A stretch of 20,931 bases of DNA, from positions 1-20,931 of the forward strand of contig JAPDJF010000018.1 of assembly GCA_029259185.1 (NCBI GenBank), read 5' to 3'. The number at the start of each line of letters is the position of its first letter. Position 1 is the stretch's first letter. Positions 16,557-20,931 of this stretch are shown here, one piece after another. A model generated the notes under the pieces. The model saw only the letters and a program-made list of their open reading frames with translations. It did no database searches and was not told where the DNA came from. A program made the translations under genes and the position numbers. The DNA comes from Hadesarchaea archaeon. GTDB lineage: Archaea > Hadarchaeota > Hadarchaeia > Hadarchaeales > WYZ-LMO6.

Positions 16557-17711
16557 TTGAGAACCCAGATCGTAGCCGAGGGCGGGATAAGACTGGAAGT
16601 CCCTGAGCTCGACGGGTTCAGGACCTCCACCGGAGACTTCGCTCCATCCTTGACGCCAGTCTTTTACAACCCCCAGATGGAGGCGTGCAGGGACATATCG
16701 GTTGGTGTTCTCCACGTATTAGCGGGGGAACTCGGGGAGCTGAGAGTGTGTGACCCACTCGGTGGGGCGGGGGTCAGGGGTCTCAGGTACGCCAAGGAAG
16801 TGAAGGAAGCGAGGGAGGTGGTCATCAACGATCTCTCGAAAGAGGCTTTCAAGATGATCGAGAGAAACGTGGCCCTGAATTCCCTGACCAACGTGCTCGT
16901 CAGGAATGAGGATGCGAACGTTTTGCTCAGGAGCGACAGACGCAGGTTTCATGTGGTCGATCTGGATCCCTTTGGTTCTCCTGCCCCTTTCCTAGAGTCT
17001 GCATGTTCGTCGCTTCTCCGGGGTGGGATACTTGCCGTGACCGCCACCGACACCGCCCCCCTTTCCGGAACCTATCCGAAAGCATGCTTGAGGAAGTACG
17101 GTGCGAGGTCCATCAGAACCGAATATGGACACGAGCTGGGAATCAGGATCCTGATAGGTTTTTGTCAGCGGGTGGGAGGAATCCATGAGCTAGCCCTCCT
17201 CCCTATCCTCTCCCACGCCACTAGACATTATTTCAGGATCTATCTCAAGGTTACGAAGGGGTCACGCAGGGTTGATGAAGTGTTGGCCAAACATGGATAC
17301 GTAATGGACTGCTCCTGCGGACGAAGAGTCATCACGCGGGGGATGCGGGATCCCACTTGCAAGTGCGGAAAGGAGTTCAGGGTCGCGGGTCCCCTCTGGC
17401 TAGGAGATTTGGGGGACGCGAAGTTCATCAGGAGGATCATAGATTTCCTGAAGGGCTCGCAGTTTAGGTTAAAGCATGTGGAAATCCGCATGCTGGAATT
17501 GTGTGCAGAGGAGGCGCACGCTCCCCCAACCTTTTACGACTCTCATAAACTCGCTAGGAGGATGAAGACATCACCCCCAAAGATGGAGAGGATCTTGAAG
17601 GAACTTGCGGAGAGGGGCCATTTCGTCTCGAGGACCCATTTCTCGCCGGTAGGGTTCAAGACCGATGCTTCATTCGAAGAGCTCTCATCGATACTCTCGG
17701 GGGGTGGATAA
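16557..17711 (+). CDS. trm1: tRNA (guanine-26-N2)-dimethyltransferase
   Basis: VFYNP, GVRGLRY, DLDPFGSP, TATD, GPLWLG, SRTHF. Confidence 0.96.
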   Translation: MRTQIVAEGGIRLEVPELDGFRTSTGDFAPSLTPVFYNPQMEACRDISVGVLHVLAGELGELRVCDPLGGAGVRGLRYAKEVKEAREVVINDLSKEAFKMIERNVALNSLTNVLVRNEDANVLLRSDRRRFHVVDLDPFGSPAPFLESACSSLLRGGILAVTATDTAPLSGTYPKACLRKYGARSIRTEYGHELGIRILIGFCQRVGGIHELALLPILSHATRHYFRIYLKVTKGSRRVDEVLAKHGYVMDCSCGRRVITRGMRDPTCKCGKEFRVAGPLWLGDLGDAKFIRRIIDFLKGSQFRLKHVEIRMLELCAEEAHAPPTFYDSHKLARRMKTSPPKMERILKELAERGHFVSRTHFSPVGFKTDASFEELSSILSGGG

Positions 17712-17730
17712 CCGCTGGTTCATAAATCTT

Positions 17731-18333
17731 TCATGTCCGATGTCCGATGCCGATCACGTACACTTCGGCGCTCCCTTTACGCGAGGCGTGGGGCTTTGAG
17801 ATTTTGGTAAAAAGAAATCTTCTTTTGAACTTTCGCAGGAATTCTTCAAAGGTTCTCCCCTGGAAGACCTTTACGAGCATCCTCCCGTTTGGAGCCAGCA
17901 CTCTATCGGCGATCGCGATGGCGGCCTCTGCGAGTTCTATTGAGCGAGCGTGGTCTACGTCCCACACCCCCGTTATCTTGGGGGAGGCATCCGAGAGGAT
18001 GACATCAGCTTTTCGAGGGAGTTTCTCAGAGATGAGGGTGGTGGTCGAGGGATCCAAAATGTCACCGATGATGGTTCTGAGCTGGGGTAAGGGGAGTTCC
18101 TCTATGGGTTGGATATCGACTCCGAGCACGAACCCTCTCTCCCCCACGATCTCACCGGCCACTTGGAGCCATCCACCCGGAGCGGCGCCCAAATCAAGCA
18201 CGATGTTCCCACGCCTCAGCAACGCATAACGGTCGTTGAGTTGCTTGAGCTTGAAGGCGGACCTAGCTCTATATCCCATTTTTTTGGCCAGCCTGTAGTA
18301 AGGTTCCATCTTCCTGTGTTTTTTTCCACCCAT
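17731..18333 (-). CDS. rlmE: 23S rRNA 2'-O-methyltransferase RlmE/FtsJ
   Basis: GYRARSAFKL, DLGAAPGGW, SDASP, KVFQG, KPHASRKGSAEVY. Confidence 0.96.
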   Translation of the reverse strand: MGGKKHRKMEPYYRLAKKMGYRARSAFKLKQLNDRYALLRRGNIVLDLGAAPGGWLQVAGEIVGERGFVLGVDIQPIEELPLPQLRTIIGDILDPSTTTLISEKLPRKADVILSDASPKITGVWDVDHARSIELAEAAIAIADRVLAPNGRMLVKVFQGRTFEEFLRKFKRRFLFTKISKPHASRKGSAEVYVIGIGHRT

Positions 18334-18400
18334 AGTTGGCCCCCTCTCAAGTCCCGTGGTGAGGTGGAGTAGTGTTTGGAAGCACGTTCTCCGTGATAAG

Positions 18401-18832
18401 CTATCGATTTGGTGGTATTTTTTTAATTGGTTTCAGCCCACAGCTTTTGAAAGCTTTGACCACACGTTCCAAGAGCTCATGGTAACTAGGGGAGTAAAAC
18501 AAGTGACAAGTGCATCTGCAGTCTCCTGATCCGAACCCTCTCACTCCTTGGAGAGACTTTCCCAGTTCTTTTGCCACATCACATTCCCTTCGCGTGGAGC
18601 TCTCAGCCACAACCAAGTCGACCACGGCGGCCCTCATGGTGAGGTAGTCTATGTGCCAGTGGGTAGTTTTTTCCTTCCTCAGATGGTGGGCTATTCTTCC
18701 CCCGAGTCCGCTCAGGGCGGAGCCGACATACGCGTAGTACCCCCTTTCAAAACTTCTCATCCCTAAGCCCCCTATTTTTAGCTGGATGTCGTATGGAACG
18801 TAGAGGATGAGAACGTAAGTGCCGGGTGGCAT
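18401..18832 (-). CDS. GIY-YIG (DUF123) family nuclease-like protein
   Basis: GTYVL, GYYAYVGSA, HWHIDYL, GFGSGDCRCxxHL. ATG 18832 preferred; ORF extends to 18883. Confidence 0.88.
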   Translation of the reverse strand: MPPGTYVLILYVPYDIQLKIGGLGMRSFERGYYAYVGSALSGLGGRIAHHLRKEKTTHWHIDYLTMRAAVVDLVVAESSTRRECDVAKELGKSLQGVRGFGSGDCRCTCHLFYSPSYHELLERVVKAFKSCGLKPIKKIPPNR

Positions 18833-18920
18833 ACTCACGAGTTCTTTAATGACTGAGCTAATAAGCGATACTAGGTCTCCCAAAAGTAAAACTTAAGTTC
18901 GAGGTCTCTCTTCTCTTGGG

Positions 18921-19607
18921 ATGGGTCCGGTGACCGTATTCGTGGACTATGACAACACGTTGCATGATTCTGATTCTAAATTCATAGCTGGTTTCGATGG
19001 GCCTGCCAGAGCACTTGGGATAGATGGGAGGAAATTGTGGAGACTCTATCTGTTCGATGTGCACAGGGCCGTTGTCCATGAATTTTATCCCGAGAGGCAC
19101 GATGACAAAGAGTTTCACTGCAGACTCATCTTCGAAAAGCTCGGCAAACCGTACGATGCGGAGCTCGCTGCATGGATCACGAAAGCCTTCGACAGGGCTA
19201 TGGAAGAGTGCTGGAAGAATCCGTCGTTCTTTGAGGATACATTCGTTTTCCTGGATGAGATTCTTGGAAAGTACAAGGTATGTTTGGCCACATCGGAGAA
19301 CGCTCTGGAGAAAGCGGCATCCGTGGAGAGGTTCGGGGGGAAGAAGTACTTCGATTGTGTGTTGGGGGATCACAACGTGGGCATCAGGAAGACCAAAAAG
19401 GATTACTATCTCAGAGCGCTCGAGCTTTCGGCCTCAAAACCGGAGGAAAGCGTGATGATCGGGGATAGTGTGAGTCATGACATCCTCCCCGCCAGCGAGG
19501 TGGGGATGAAGACCATTTGGGTAAATCGAAAGGATGAAGCCCCTCCCAAAAATCTCAGATCGACCCATGAAGTCAAGAGCCTCATAGACGTGCTGAAATA
19601 TATCTGA
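18921..19607 (+). CDS. HAD-superfamily hydrolase
   Basis: DYDNTL motif I, K motif III, MIGDSVSHDI motif IV. Confidence 0.92.
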   Translation: MGPVTVFVDYDNTLHDSDSKFIAGFDGPARALGIDGRKLWRLYLFDVHRAVVHEFYPERHDDKEFHCRLIFEKLGKPYDAELAAWITKAFDRAMEECWKNPSFFEDTFVFLDEILGKYKVCLATSENALEKAASVERFGGKKYFDCVLGDHNVGIRKTKKDYYLRALELSASKPEESVMIGDSVSHDILPASEVGMKTIWVNRKDEAPPKNLRSTHEVKSLIDVLKYI

Positions 19608-19652
19608 AAATCAAATCAACAGGTTTTTTAAGCGTGTTGACTACCTTTTTCG

Positions 19653-19943
19653 ATGCCGACCTACATTTTGCTGTCGGTTCTAACCGCTGAGGGGAGGAGG
19701 ACCCTGAAGGAGAAGCCACATCGAATATTAGAGGTCAACAAGGAGATAGAGGCACTCGGGGCAAAGGTGATCAAGCAGTACGCGGTGCTGGGACCCTATG
19801 ATTTCGTGAATGTGGTTGAGGCACCCGACAACGAAACGATTACACGCGTTTCGGTTGAGCTTGGGTCGCGGAGGACAATAAAAATAATGAGTCTTCCAGC
19901 CATCCCGGTCGAAGACTTGGTCAAGAGTATCAAGAAGAAATAG
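19653..19943 (+). CDS. GYD domain protein
   Basis: MPTYILL...YAVLGPYDFV.VVEAPD. TTTTTAAG about 25 nt upstream suggests a leaderless mRNA. Confidence 0.88.
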   Translation: MPTYILLSVLTAEGRRTLKEKPHRILEVNKEIEALGAKVIKQYAVLGPYDFVNVVEAPDNETITRVSVELGSRRTIKIMSLPAIPVEDLVKSIKKK

Positions 19944-19963
19944 AACTCCCCTTCTTTCCCTTT

Positions 19964-20629
19964 TTACGACTTCACGTATTTCCCGAACCATTCCACGGTC
20001 TTGTCCACAGCCTTCCTCCTCTTCCATTCGTCGGTGAACCGGTGATCTGCACCGCCCACTATCAGGAGTTCTTTCGGTGCCCGCGCGTTCTCGAATAATT
20101 CGTACGCGTGGGTGACGGGCACGAGTTCATCCTCGCTTCCGTGTACGATCAGGATCGGGCGGTCGAGTTCGCGAACGGAGTCGATCACGTCATACCTTTG
20201 GACATCCCGTTTGAGTTCCTCTAGTCCCTCAGCTTGAAGGATCCCTTTGAACTTGGAGGGAGTTGCCCACGTGACCACGGATTCCACCGAGTCCTCTTGG
20301 ACAGATGTCAGAATGGCGACACATCCACCCAGACTGCTTCCCATCATGCCGATCTTCTCGTACCCAAGATCTTTCAGGAAATCAATCGCTTCCCTCGAAT
20401 CCTCTATCCGCTGGGTGAGGGTGGCAACGATATTTTCCCCCTTCCTGAAATCGAACCTGAAAACCGAGAACCCAAGCCGGCAGAGTTCCTCAGCGAGTTC
20501 GATGTACTTCGGGCTGTCTTTACTTCCGAACAGTCCGTGACACGTCACGATGCATGCCTCGTGGTCGGGGGCGGAGTGGAGAACCCCATCTAATCCGTTT
20601 TTCCCAAACTTTACACGCTTTTCACTCAT
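19964..20629 (-). CDS. Alpha/beta-fold hydrolase
   Basis: CHG, RFDF, GSSLGG nucleophile elbow, HGSEDELVP, GADH. Confidence 0.92.
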   Translation of the reverse strand: MSEKRVKFGKNGLDGVLHSAPDHEACIVTCHGLFGSKDSPKYIELAEELCRLGFSVFRFDFRKGENIVATLTQRIEDSREAIDFLKDLGYEKIGMMGSSLGGCVAILTSVQEDSVESVVTWATPSKFKGILQAEGLEELKRDVQRYDVIDSVRELDRPILIVHGSEDELVPVTHAYELFENARAPKELLIVGGADHRFTDEWKRRKAVDKTVEWFGKYVKS

Positions 20630-20705
20630 CGTAATCCCTAAGGCTTGAGCGCGATCCCATCCTTGGAGGCCATCTAGGAACTAGCGCTTGAACCGGGCGA
20701 GGCCG

Positions 20706-20798
20706 TGGGGTTCAGCCCTCCTCGTCTTGGAGACCAACTCAACCATGGTCTGTTGGAACCCATTTTAAGTTTTGCGATATTTTTGCGCAAAGCGCAGC
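20706..20798. repeat. MITE-like dispersed repeat, copy 2 (right part)
   Basis: Aligns with 8705-8811. Its end (reverse complement GCTGCGCTTTGCGCAAAAATATC) matches the left end of copy 1 at 20/23. Confidence 0.65.
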
Positions 20799-20826
20799 TT
20801 GGTAGGTTCTGTTGCGTAATCGGGAG

Positions 20827-20931
20827 CTACGCAACTGATGGGGTCGCAATCATCCCCCACCAATCCGGGCCGAACCTCAGCCCTTCATCTTCGAGTTTGG
20901 CGATGTTCACACAAGCTATGCGATCCCTGTC
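20827..20931 (-). CDS. tnpB: C-terminal end of a TnpB/Cas12f-like RNA-guided nuclease, partial at window edge
   Basis: Minus frame reads DRDRIACVNIAKLEDEGLRFGPDWWGMIATPSVA*. DRDxxAxxNI is the RuvC-III motif. It is followed by hairpins typical of an element right end. Not in the ORF track. Confidence 0.65.
   Translation of the reverse strand, partial: DRDRIACVNIAKLEDEGLRFGPDWWGMIATPSVA

Noticed and set aside
1-20931. CRISPR array or rRNA
   Set aside because: No regularly spaced direct repeats and no rRNA-like sequence seen.

Overview
Archaeal chromosomal window, shown by TFB, Rpo10, eL18/eS8, Gar1, Trm1, BHB-type tRNA introns and BRE/TATA promoters. Smc-ScpAB suggests a euryarchaeal-type lineage, but the exact taxon cannot be determined from the sequence. 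It is mostly housekeeping: rpiA, nadA, rpl18e-rpl13-rps9-rpo10, smc-scpA-scpB-rps8e, gar1-tfb, a sirtuin, trm1 and rlmE. It also carries lipid/redox genes (acyl-CoA dehydrogenase, Adc-family protein, LLM oxidoreductase, SCP2), two intron-containing tRNAs, two pseudogenes and small mobile DNA. Most notable observations: (1) a 744-aa Smc with intact ATPase motifs in an operon with scpA/scpB, but with no recognisable hinge or zinc hook; (2) a 42-nt tRNA-Met intron carrying a box D'/C' motif and an antisense guide that points at C34 of its own pre-tRNA; (3) a 236-bp non-autonomous IS200/IS605 element made of little more than its ends and a TnpB omegaRNA scaffold, inserted after TTTAA into a TolB-like pseudogene; (4) a tRNA-Gly whose spliced loop is UCCCCGG (C33), next to a gene with a +1 frameshift in a C4G5 run; (5) a dispersed MITE-like repeat, and the C-terminus of a TnpB-like gene at the right edge. 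All calls come from reading motifs by eye; no searches were run.
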